From Macrostomum lignano (Eukaryota): a DNA stretch of 57,370 bases. The notes beneath the pieces are model-generated. The model saw only the letters and a list, made by a program, of their open reading frames with translations, was not told where the DNA came from and made no database searches. Positions 1 through 10,180 of the stretch are shown here, in pieces. Position 1 is the first letter of the stretch. The number at the start of each line of letters is the position of its first letter. The stretch covers positions 1-57,370 of the forward strand of contig NIVC01002654.1 of the NCBI GenBank assembly GCA_002269645.1, in the 5' to 3' direction. A program made the translations under genes and the position numbers.

Positions 1-50
1 TTGAAATTCTCCACGGTTGATCTCCTGGCCTTCCTCGATGGTGCTGGACT

Positions 51-529
51 TCATGAAATAGAAGATTCGGTCAGCCTCATCGTTGGGAAGCTGGTATCAA
101 ACTGCAGACCTGCCTTGGGGTGAGCGTAGGCCACCAGGAGGTTGCTGTGGCTGCTCTGCAGGAATTCAGTCTCGATGAAGACCGCGTGCTCCTCAGTGAA
201 GGTTTCGTCCATCAAGTAGTCTGTGAGGACAATCTTGGACTTGATGAGATCCAGCACTGTCAGTTTGGCGGCCTCTGCTTCAGCTTCGCCGCTGCTGCTG
301 CCGCTGCTGCGGCTGCCGCGGCCTCTTCGTTGTTCTCAGCGATCGCCACCTCACCGCCTTCTCCATCCGCAGGCTGCTCGGCGCCAGCTGCGTCAGCTGC
401 AGCACTCGGCGTCGCTGGTGCTGCTGGCGGCGCCGCCTCACCGCCGCCAGCGCCGCTACTCGAGCGCGACTTCTCCTTTTCTGTGTCGGCTTTCTCCGTC
501 TCTTCGCGTGACATCAGCGGCCGTTCCAT
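51..529 (-). CDS. Partial 3'-terminal coding exon(s) of an unidentified gene, running off the window start. An acidic Ala/Glu-rich low-complexity region is followed by a conserved-looking globular segment (...VLTDYLMDETFTEEHAVFIETEFLQSSHSNLLVAYAHPKAGLQF...).
   Basis: Two overlapping minus-strand ORFs (260-529 and 51-257) lie in different frames. A third minus frame stays open to position 1 (PNDEADRIFYFMKSSTIEEGQEINRGEFQ). The plus-strand ORF 120-662 is low-complexity and less protein-like. The frame relationship (intron versus frameshift) is unresolved. Confidence 0.3.
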
Positions 530-2308
530 GTCGACCGGCAGGTGTTTATCAGGCGCCTCTGCGCCCTCCTCTGCTATGTTTGTGTCGCCGCTTGAGACAT
601 TGCAGGCAAGTCAGTTGAGTTTGTGTGCTAGACTCTGCAAACAAGATTTGAAAGCTTTTTAAATTTTTTAATTTTCCTAAGCAAATATTTTTCGTCTAAG
701 TTATGATTTTTAAAAGACATATACAAAGGCTGAAAATAATAAACACTAAAGACCTGGGTTACTACTGAAAATTCCCTGTAATTGTGTTCATCGATGTAAA
801 CATTATATTTATTGAAAGCATTGTACATGCTTCTTGAATCCACATTCAACGAATACCATTTAAGATAGTAAAATCCGAGCTACAATAATTTTCCCAGAAC
901 TATGTATTGAGGTAATTAGCTAAAGTGTGCCTACCATGAAATTCCGATATTTAGCAATATAAATCTAAATGAATTATAAATAAAACGTAACGATATGATC
1001 AAATTAATTCATGTAATTCTCTATTAGATTCATCCTGACTCTTCCCGTAGAATGATTAGTTATTACTCAATTATCAAAAAAATATTAGAATAGATTATAT
1101 AAAAACTCTGATTAAACTACACAAAAAGAAAATTTTAAACCGAAACGTAACACATTAAACAATGGTAAAAAACATTTGTTTAAAGAATTTTGAAAACTAA
1201 CTAGAAGTTGGTAAATGGCAAAGACACAAAATTCTACAAAAGTTGAAACTAATATTTAGAATTTCGAAAGAATTATTATTACAGTACACCAATAAGAACG
1301 CAACATACAGGTTTGCGTATTTCCAAGGTAAAGAATGTTTTAAGATTCATTCTAATCAAAGCCACTGAGTTGTCAAGGCGATATTTTTATGCTATCTTAA
1401 GAATATAAAACTTTTTTTTCATTTTAAACATGTATTTTGAAAAACAAAAGAGAACCATGTTTCGTGTGTAAAGTACCTAGACAAATAAAGCAAACCTGTT
1501 TTCTTATACTTGTCACTGAATTTGCTATACGCGCAAATTTGAAACGTAGGAAAAGTTGCAGGCAAAATTTTTATAATTAACTTTTAAACGATCGATAGTT
1601 TCAATCTGATAATCTCAAACCACGCACTGATTCACTTAGTGTGACTCAGCCTTCAGTTTCATTTACTGATCTATCTTATAGCTTATAGTACAAATACTTT
1701 CTATAACACATTAGACTAGAGTTTAGAGTGTAGTTGTAATAATTCTAATTTTACGCCCAAATTTGCAGGCTAACAAAGCTGTTTGACAAACTCGATTTAT
1801 CAGCATACGGTTAGGACTGCAAGTTGTTTTATTCCCATCTGGTTTGGCCTTTCACTTAAACAGTTGCACCAGTAAATTGCAGTAATACAGTAGGCCTATT
1901 GTTATTGTTAGGTATAATAACAAGTACTAGGCCCTGTAGCTTAAAATATAAAACTGCTTAAAAACGAAAGTATCTGGAAACAATGAAAATACAAATTGTT
2001 TCTATCATAAACTTCTATGCCTTGTTCTTGCTTCTGATATATTTGCTCTGGAGTATACATGTAAGTTGAAGTTTAAATATTTTGATATTTTAGTGGCTGA
2101 AATAAATTAAAGTTAAAATAATTCTTATTGTTTTGTTGTTTTAAAGCAAATTTAACTAGATTCTTGATGTAAAAGTATATTTAGCTATTGTCAAGTTCTA
2201 TAATTATATTACTAATAATATACCTAATAAATGTTTGCCATTGTACACACATACTATTAAAGTTCTAAGCCTCAATATAAAAAAGAGGAGATATGGGCAA
2301 AGTGAGAC

Positions 2309-2316
2309 TGTGAGAT
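2309..2316. repeat. Target-site duplication (tgtgagat), left copy.
   Basis: Identical 8-mer immediately flanks both ends of the TIR element (second copy at 4253-4260). Confidence 0.7.
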
Positions 2317-4252
2317 GGTCCCTGACATTTCGGTGACAAGACGTTTCGGTGACAGCCTTTTCGGTGACAATTTAGGACGTTTCGGTGACAAATTTAGACA
2401 ATTCGGTGACATGTTTTAAAAATGAAAGTTAATTTTGTCTGTAAGATAATAAACTCATGAACAAGACTTTTATACTCAGACCTCGTCATATTTTATTGTT
2501 TTGCGTTGATTTCATAACTGACTTTGTTATATCTCTACACTTAAAAAAGGGTCATCTGCATTTCTAGATAAGGTCAGTCGGCCGACGCGACACGTCAAGT
2601 CGCCTATTTTACACATTATAGCGGCATCATTTTTGCGACACTATCTGGATATATACCTGTGTTCAAGGCAATTTGTGTAAAAAATGTACATGTAGCATAT
2701 TTTCATGATCAAGTCGCCTGATCGATCTACTGTTTTGATGCAAACAAAGTTGTGGTTGTTGTATAGTTTGTTACTCTACTATCAGGGCTATGGAAGAAGG
2801 GGCCAGGACATTCCATTGCTTTATCCCAGCTGAACCCCGACCCCACTTTAATTTGTTGACCTGTTATATGGAAATAATGTATATACATGAAGAAATTTAG
2901 TCATGTACAATCTACATGTACAATTGTTGGCATGGTAGACCGGTAGACTGTTAATTGGCTGTATGATTGCTGACCATATTGACCAGGAAAGTCAAAGGAA
3001 AGAGGAGGGAAAGGACGTGAGGCCACTAAGTTAATAAATTGCATAGTTCACTTTTCAGAACTTACTTTAAATGTTTATTGCTATGCTACGTAAATAGGCA
3101 ATTCCAGTATTTAATCTTTCTTCATTGTTTGATCGATATTAGCACCTTTGATAGTTCAAATGTTGCAAAACAGTAAAGCTCGTTAAGTGAACCAATTGGG
3201 CTTAGTGAATTGAATTTCGATATCTACATGTATTTAATTACTAACAATGCTAATTCTAGAATGGCAACAAGCAACAATGATTTGGTTGCACGTTAATTGC
3301 TACCGTGATAAAGCAAAATCATTGCTAGCAGAGAAGCATTGCTTGTACGGTGATATAATGTTTGCTTTTGCCACGACACTAGGGTTAGCAAAGTACATGT
3401 AGAACAACGGCCATTGCGTATGAAATATGAATGGGCCCCCCCCATGAATTTAAAGACTCGGTATCCGAGAGGCGCTACGACTATATACATGTAACTTCTA
3501 CCAAACTCGAGCGATAGTTCTTCGAATTCTAGACGCATGCATAATTCACGGCTCTGCTGGTTCTAACCTTTAATCAGTCAAAATTTTAGTTATTTAATGG
3601 ACGCGATTACTGCCCAAAATGCAACAAAAAGCTCTTCTGCACTTATTTTAGCGCCGCGTCTGCACTTATTTTAGCGCCGCATCTGCACTTATTTTAGCGC
3701 CGCATCTGCACTTATTTTAGCGCCGCATCTGCATTATTTTAGCGCCGCATCTGCACTTATTTTAGCGGCAGTAGCTGCACTTATTTCAGTGCCGCAGGCA
3801 ATTTTGGTGCCGCAGGCGCTATTTTTTGCCGCCGTAAAACATGCACATTATTGATTTCCGTATATAACAGGTCAACAAATCAACAAACTTGACGTGTCGT
3901 GTCGGCCGACCATCAGTGTCACAATCACGTAGCAGAATAGGACACGTTTTTTTTCGGCTTCAGAAGCAGTCAATACATGTTTTGTGTACGAAAATGTATT
4001 CAGCCCGGCCGACTGACCTTTTCTAGAAATGCAGATTACCTTTTTATTCAAGTGTAGAGATATAACAAAGTCTGTTACAAAGTCAACGCAAAACGATAAT
4101 ATATGACGAGTTCTGAGTATTAAAGTCTTGTTCATGAGTTTATTATCTTACAGACAAAATTAACTCATTTTAAAACATGTCACCAAATTGTCTAAATTTG
4201 TCACCGAAAAGGCTATCACCAAAACGTCTTGTCACCGAAATGTCCAGGGACC
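2317..4252. mobile_element. Non-autonomous TIR DNA transposon (1936 bp) with about 280-bp terminal inverted repeats and an 8-bp target-site duplication. It is hAT-like by TSD length (P and Merlin are also possible) and is inserted into the 3' end of the mariner element.
   Basis: 2317-2600 (ggtccctgacatttcggtgacaag...) is the reverse complement of about 3888-4252 (...cttgtcaccgaaatgtccagggacc). Subterminal tttcggtgaca motifs recur 5 times. The flanking 8-mer tgtgagat is identical at 2309-2316 and 4253-4260. There is no transposase ORF inside; the interior carries a 23-bp tandem array. Confidence 0.75.
3590..3800. repeat. Tandem repeat of a 23-bp unit (ctgcacttattttagcgccgcat), about 8 copies, internal to the TIR element.
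   Basis: Direct inspection. The same unit (reverse-complemented, gcgctaaaatgagtgcctgcggc) recurs at about 20020-20100 and 31030-31090. Confidence 0.8.
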
Positions 4253-4260
4253 TGTGAGAT
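4253..4260. repeat. Target-site duplication (tgtgagat), right copy.
   Basis: See left copy at 2309-2316. Confidence 0.7.
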
Positions 4261-4262
4261 CA

Positions 4263-5227
4263 GGTTTTTCTCAACATAGTCTCCCCCAACCAAGATGCAC
4301 TTATGGCATCTTGATTGCAGCGCCTCAATATTACTCTTGGAAGAATTGCACCAAGCAGCTCTCAAACCAAGCAATTGCAGCATCCTTCAGCATATCATTA
4401 GTGTTAAATCGCTGTCCACAGAGTGCCCACTTAAGATATAGAAATAGGTGGAAGTCGCTTGAGGCCAGGTCTGGTGAATAGGCTGTGTGTAGCAGCTCTC
4501 AGAACCCTGTGACACTGACAGCAGCCTTGGCAATCCTGCTGGTGTGGGCTGGTGCATTGTCGTGCAGCAGCACAACACCTCGGCTCAGCATCCCTTGCCT
4601 ATTTTCCTTGATTGCCTCGCATAGATGGGGCGATTAGGTCAGCGTAATAGGCGCCTGTGACTGTGACTATCTGCTTGTGCGGTAGAAAGTCCAGCAGCAG
4701 CGGGCCCTTGGCATCCCAGAAGACGGTCAGCATAATCTTGCCCGCACTGCATGCAGTCTGTGCCTTCAGTGGTGCAGGTGAACCAACTGGCAGCCACTGC
4801 TTAGACTTGGGATCGTGGTGATAGATCCATATCTCATCCCTGGTCACGCAGCAAGACAGAAAATTGGCAGGGTCCAGATCATAGGAGTCTAGGACAAGCT
4901 TTGAGTACTGCACCCATGCAGTCTTTTGGTCCTTGTCAAGATTTGTGGGATCCATCTGGCAGAAACCTTGGACAGATGAAGATACTAGTATAGGATCTCA
5001 ATGACTTGCAGGTCAGAGTCTAGTATATGTTGCAAGTTGCCTGACTTTCACCTGCCAGTCACTGTCAACCAGAGCCTGGATGCGCTAGATGTTGTTGGCT
5101 GTGACAGCAGTCTAGGGCGTCCATATTAGGGGTCATCTTTGAGCGAGTCACAGCCTCGCTTGAACTTGGCTGCCTAGCGCTTGATAGTGAAATATGAGGG
5201 GGCAATGTCAGCGTACACACTAGCCAT
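4263..5227 (-). pseudogene. Mariner transposase pseudogene with multiple stops and frameshifts.
   Basis: ORFs 4599-4955 and 4387-4578 (-) plus adjacent frames match the mariner D,D34D transposase. There is an in-frame stop right after codon 17 and further stops or frameshifts. The C-terminus (...KCILVGGDYVEK) abuts the nested insertion at 4262/4263. Confidence 0.7.
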
Positions 5228-6708
5228 GGGGCTTTGAATTTCAGCAGGCTTTGAGCCTTCCAGAGTCAGAAATTTGACCACTGCCCTGTGCTCAAGCTTC
5301 AATTCTTAAGAAAATGCCATGGGGTGCTAGAAATAAAATGGTGCAGTGGGACTTAGGGAATGCAGAAAATTCTAAAAAGTTGACAATAGACTATTAACAT
5401 GTGGCACTTTTAGAGCCTAAAGTTTCAACATTTTGCCACTATAAGATCTTGGTCAGGCTCGGAACTTTTTTAGTGCCCCTGTACTATTGTAGAATTAGCA
5501 AAGCATATAATAAATATGTGTAACAAAGATATAATCTATAGATAATGATAGTCTTTAAATAAAATTTTAGTTTTAGTCTTAAGGACTTTAATAAGGGTCC
5601 TTTGACTTTCTGAGTCTTTTAAGATAATTAAATTTTAGTAAAATGAAAAATAGGTTCTTTTAAAATGAAAAAATATTATAACAATAATATTAATTTAATT
5701 ATATAGAATTTCCAATTAAAATGTTTAATTTTCATTTCCAATTATTAAATATTAAATTTTATATAGAAAGTTTAAGATATAAAAATGCTTCAAATCAAAC
5801 CATTTTAAAAAGTAAGACACTATATCTTTTTTACTTTGGAAAATGAAACTTATCTAATAAAATGACTTATAAAATTTCATTAGGCTTTAGGGTCTAAAGT
5901 CCAGTAAAGTCCCTAGGGCCTAGTTTTAGTGAATTCAACTTAAACTTTAAGTTTTGCTTAGATAAATGAAATATTTATTTTAGATTAGTAGTAATACTTA
6001 TTGTGTATTATCTTATAATTTAATTTTTAATGTAATGTTTTTGAATGAAATTGTGCCAATATTTTTGTATATACTAACTAAATTGACTTACATTGTTATA
6101 AAAATATTATAAACTCAATTTTTAAGACCTTTATTAAAATAGAGAATAGTAAATGCCTTAAATAATTAAATAAGTTGTTATAAAGCATCAACAAGTGAAC
6201 AATAAACATCAAAGTTGAAAAGTGATGTTTGCTTTTAAAGGCTTGCAAGTTTTTAATAAATATTCTAACTAGACAATGTAGGGTCGACTTGGAAAAATCT
6301 AGCCTCCAAGATATATATGGCTAAGGTTTCTATTTCTTTTAAGCTCTCTTTTCTTTTCTTTCTCTTATCTTCTCTTCTCTCTTGTCCTCTTATCCTCACC
6401 TGGCTTTTGTTCTAGATGTCACCCATTTTTTATCCAGTTTTGGGGGTTCTTTCTAGGAAAAATCCAGAGAAAAGAAATGCATAAGTTGCACTCTTGGGTG
6501 AAAACTAGAATTTTAGCTAGATGAGTTGTTGGACCATTGTTTGACCCACATAATATAGAGCCTTATGTTTTGAAAAGATTGCTTTTATAATTCCTGCTTG
6601 TATATAGAACAATATTTTGAGACATCAGGCTATGTAGCTAGTTTATATTTAGCAAATCAACCTTTTGTCAATAATTAACAATTATTCTTCATTTTTCAAC
6701 CTTTTTAG

Positions 6709-6864
6709 ACACCGATCTGCCCAGTCTGACTAAGATCAGCTCAGATTGCAACCCAAACTATGCGGCCAACAACAGCTTCTTGGCCAAATTTAATCTCGGG
6801 AAACTCAAGAATCCAAGTGAAATCAGAGCCATGAAGGCCATCTTTTATGAGCTGCCATCTGGAG
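6709..6864 (+). CDS. Internal coding exon (phase 2 to phase 1) of a transmembrane cysteine-rich protein gene.
   Basis: Acceptor ctttttag|ac and donor gag|gtgagt. Only one of the three frames is open (TDLPSLTKISSDCNPNYAANNSFLAKFNLGKLKNPSEIRAMKAIFYELPSG). The phase joins exactly to the next exon (...PSG-E-RRRVEINSW). Confidence 0.5.
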
Positions 6865-6959
6865 GTGAGTGACGTCCAAATACTAAAAATGGTTTGTCTA
6901 TACGATATTTCCATATTCCATGTGTGATAGATTTCAGAAAAAATTGTAATGCACTATTA

Positions 6960-7240
6960 TAAGCCTAGTCAAAAAATTAGGAAAAGTCGGGGGTTCGATT
7001 CTCGACCCACTCAGAACAATTTGTTTCCTTGAGCAAGACACTTAACTCTACATTGCTTCAGTTCACCCAGCTGTAAAATGTGTGGCCAGCATTAGCTGGG
7101 GTAATTAAGGGTGTGTGGCGACCCCCCAGTCCTTGGACTGAACAGCCTTCAGATGCGCCGCGCAATAGCTGCAGCTGAGCTGTCGGTTGCACATCTGCCT
7201 ATTAGGGCAGATTTAATCAATTATTATTAATACTTTGAAT
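6960..7240 (+). mobile_element. tRNA-derived SINE (family A), copy 1, lying in the intron between exons 6709-6864 and 7359-7903.
   Basis: About 85% identical to the reverse complement of 41780-42096. B-box-like ggttcgattctcgaccc, shared core cttgagcaagacacttaactct...cagctgtaaaatg(g)gtg(c)cagcattagctggggtaa, and an A/T-rich tail taatcaattattattaatac. Confidence 0.6.
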
Positions 7241-7358
7241 AAAGTATAAACTACGGAAAATATGAAGCTTAAATTAAATGGCAACCAAGGTGCCAATTTG
7301 CTATCTGGGCCCCCAGAAATGATCAGTAAAAGTCGTTTACCCGTGTTGCCCTCTTCAG

Positions 7359-7903
7359 AACGCCGCAGAGTTGAAATCAACAGTTGGGCTTCTCTGGAGC
7401 CGCAGTTTCAAGCGCCAGGGTTTCAACCCAACAGGCGTCACATCGGCTTCTTGACGGTCCGCCTGGCTGACGAGAACTCAACTAGCGGCCTCACCGAGTG
7501 GCTCTGGTCTCAGAAATTTGAATTCACCAGCTGCGGTGTTGAGAATCGGTCAGCTGTCTGTCTGTGCGATCCGGTCAATTCTTACAATGGTACGGAGTGC
7601 AGGCCCGGCTCACCGGACTGCCGCTGCACTCCGCAGGCCACCAGCTCAGACTGCAGCCTGTGCACCGACGGCACCTACAGAGATTATTCCCGCTACAGTC
7701 TTGGCTGTATCTCTTGTCAGTGCAGTCCGCATAACTTTGCCGGCCCGTGCGCCTGGAGGCACGTCGGCGACCCCGACTGGAGCCCTGGCGGCAGCGGCGG
7801 CGGTGGACTTAGCCAGCGAGTGTGCATCGGCTGTCGGCACGGGTTTGTGGGTGACAACTGCCTGGCGCCCAGAGATAATAGCGGCATGGGCCTGGCGGCT
7901 AAG
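7359..7903 (+). CDS. Coding exon encoding a laminin-type EGF-like / cysteine-rich ectodomain.
   Basis: ORF 7262-7948. Acceptor ccctcttcag|aa at 7358 and donor AAG|gttggt at 7904. Spacing CxCxxxxxxC...GCISCQCSPHNFAGPC...CIGCRHGFVGDNC is typical of LE/EGF-like repeats. Confidence 0.6.
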
Positions 7904-8009
7904 GTTGGTTATTATGTCTGCATAGTTTTTACTGTTTTTCTATGGTGATTTCATTTTATTTAAAATATTGCTCATCTTTTAAAGTATCTTATCTCATTTG
8001 TCAAAGATT

Positions 8010-8570
8010 TGCGTCTCAACATTATAATGTCACTCTCATTATCATGTAGTCACTCTTATTATCACTTAGTCACCCTTATTATCATATTGTCACTCTCATT
8101 ATCATATAAAGTCACTCTTATTATCATATTGTCACTCTCATTATCATATAGTCACTCTCATTATCATATAAAGTCTCTCTTATTACCATATAAAGTCACT
8201 CTTATTACCATATAGTCACTCCTATTATCATATTGTCACTCTTATCATATAGTCACTCTCATTATCATATAGTCACTCTCATTATCATATAGTCACTCTC
8301 ATTATCATATAGTCACTCTCATTATCATATAAAGTCTCTCTTATTACCATATAAAGTCACTCTTATTACCATATAGTCACTCCTATTATCATATTGTCAC
8401 TCTTATCATATAGTCACTCTTATCATATAGTCACTCTCATTATCATATAAAGTCACTCTTATTACCATATAAAGTCACTCTTATTACCATATAGTCACTC
8501 TGATGATCATATAATCACTCTTATTATCATATAGTCACTCTCATTACTGCATACTCGCTCTCCATCGCAC
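8010..8570. repeat. Minisatellite, about 20-21-bp unit (tcactctcattatcatatag), about 27 copies, in intron 2 of the TM gene.
   Basis: Direct inspection. Confidence 0.85.
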
Positions 8571-8589
8571 TGCTCAAACACCCGCTCAG

Positions 8590-8868
8590 ATATTCCTGGT
8601 CCTGGCCTGCCTGCTCTGCTCACTCGCTCTGCTAGCCGCCTTTGTCATTCTGCGGCGCCAATGCCGGCGCCGAGCTCAGCGCGCCGCGCGCCACTCCCTG
8701 GCCGTTCAGCGCCTATTCAGCCGGTTCAAAGACGACACCAGCTTGGAGGCGGAGGCCGCGGAGTCCAGCGCCATCTTGGCTGAGGATGACGACTTGCAGA
8801 GGGCCACTCAGCAGCTGAGGCTGGGCGCTGACCCCGTGTACCAGCCTACCACCGTCTCCATCACGTGA
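8590..8868 (+). CDS. Terminal coding exon: transmembrane helix (IFLVLACLLCSLALLAAFVIL), a basic stop-transfer (RRQCRRRAQR), a 70-aa cytoplasmic tail, and a TGA stop at 8866-8868.
   Basis: Acceptor cccgctcag|atattcc. Phase 0 matches the previous exon (...GLAAK|IFLVLACLL...). 93 open codons. Confidence 0.6.
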   Translation: MFLVLACLLCSLALLAAFVILRRQCRRRAQRAARHSLAVQRLFSRFKDDTSLEAEAAESSAILAEDDDLQRATQQLRLGADPVYQPTTVSIT

Positions 8869-8876
8869 TCTGCTGA

Positions 8877-9410
8877 GTAGGCTAGTGTCAGATCCAGTTG
8901 CTGACAGTGTCATAGAGAGGGTGTCAGATCCTGTTACTGACAGTGTCATAGAGAGGGTGTCAGATCCAGTTACTGACAGTGTCATAGAGAGGGTGTCAGA
9001 TCCAGTTACTGACAGTGTCATAGAGAGGGTGTCAGATCCAGTTGCTGACAGTGTCATAGAGAGGGTGTCAGATCCAGTTGCTGACAGTGTCATAGAGAGG
9101 GTGTCAGATCCAGTTGCTGACAGTGTCATAGAGAGGGTGTCAGATCCAGTTACTGACAGTGTCTTAGAGAGGGTGTCAGATCCAGTTGCTGACAGTGTCA
9201 TAAAGAGGGTGTCAGATCCAGTTGCTGACAGTGTCATAGAGAGGATGTCAGATCCAGTTGCTGACAGTGTCATAGAGAGGGTGTCAGATCCAGTTACTGA
9301 CAGTGTCTTAGAGAGGGTGTCAGATCCAGTTGCTGACAGTGTCATAAAGAGGGTGTCAGATCCTGTTGCTGACAGTGTCATAGAGAGGGTGTCAGATCCA
9401 GTTACTACTT
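8877..9410. repeat. Minisatellite, 36-bp unit (gtgtcagatccagttgctgacagtgtcatagagagg), about 15 copies, just downstream of the TM gene stop. Each unit contains an inverted repeat (tgtcag...ctgaca).
   Basis: Direct inspection. ORFs 8713-9381 (-) and 8885-9469 (+) are in-frame repeat artefacts. Confidence 0.85.
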
Positions 9411-9974
9411 ACAGTGCCACTAATTCAAGCTACATGTCGAAGCACCTCGTTTATCACATCCGGTATTAGTTTTTTGTGCTAAAATTTTCAAAGTTCTGCA
9501 CCATTTATCAGCATAGACTGCAGACAATAGAGCTATAGTTGCACTGTTAAACACCGTTTTTATTTATCAGCTATTAATTTTATGGTTCGCGCATTTTAAT
9601 ATCCCAAATTTAACCAACACGCTCCCAATTTTTTATTAGTTGTTAGTTGAATACGCAACTCGCATGTCCAGTGCGCATTGGTCATGATATAGCTTCATCA
9701 TCTCCACGCGGTGAATTAAGGTGTTCAATGTACCCTTTAGTTACTGATAGCTTAGACTAACACGCAAATGTTGTGAATTTTATTGTTATAAAATATTTTG
9801 GCTGTGTTTTTACACTAATAATTTCATTTAGAATCACTAAGTCATAACTCATAATTGGAATCTGTCACAGTGTCTTGTATATTCTGTTGGTATATGTTTG
9901 ATGAATTTTTCTTATCTATTCATTATTGTCTGGTGATCGGATTTTTATTTATGCGCTTTTTTGCTTTATCCAGG

Positions 9975-10180
9975 TTTGTTCGATTCTGAGTTAATAGCCA
10001 ATCAGATCGGGTCAGGAGAGGCGGGACTGCAATGTACATTGAAGACGAACTCGTCCCCCGCAGCCAATCAAATCGGGGCTGTATGTACATTGAAAAAAAA
10101 ACTCGTCCCCCGCAGTCAATCGGATCGGAGCAGGAGACACTTTGATAAAGTGTGCAAAGTTTGCAAAACAGAGTATAAAT
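9975..10180 (+). promoter_or_regulatory. Promoter-like module: about 60-bp direct repeat (2.5 copies) carrying three CCAAT boxes (gccaatcagatcgg), a GC box (gaggcgggac), and a TATA-like tataaat about 60 bp downstream.
   Basis: Motif inspection only. No convincing downstream coding exon was found. Confidence 0.25.

Larger units (their letters stand above)
2262..5465 (-). mobile_element. Mariner-like element (Tc1/mariner superfamily), degenerate. Its own length is about 1.26 kb, interrupted near its 3' end by a nested 1.94-kb insertion.
   Basis: Minus-strand translation gives a mariner transposase: N-terminal HTH (MASVYADIAPSYFTIKRQAAKFKRGCDSLKDDP...), catalytic core (DEIWIYHHDPKSKQWLPVGSP...KIMLTVFWDAKGPLLLDFLP), then VVLLHDNAPAHTS and YSPDLASSDFHLF...KWALCGQRFNTNDMLK. 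Terminal about 45 bp at 2262-2308 and 5421-5465 are imperfect inverted repeats (gttctaagcct...atatgggcaaagtgagac versus rc gttccgagcct...atagtggcaaaatgttgaaac). Confidence 0.7.

Noticed and set aside
120-662. 180-aa plus-strand ORF at the window start.
   Set aside because: Mostly poly-Ala/Ser low complexity, antisense to a more protein-like minus-strand coding segment.
7904-7948. Read-through of the TM-gene exon 2 to the stop at 7946-7948 (…VGYYVCIVFTVFLW*).
   Set aside because: A phase-matched downstream exon encodes a proper TM helix and cytoplasmic tail. The read-through is still possible as an alternative isoform.
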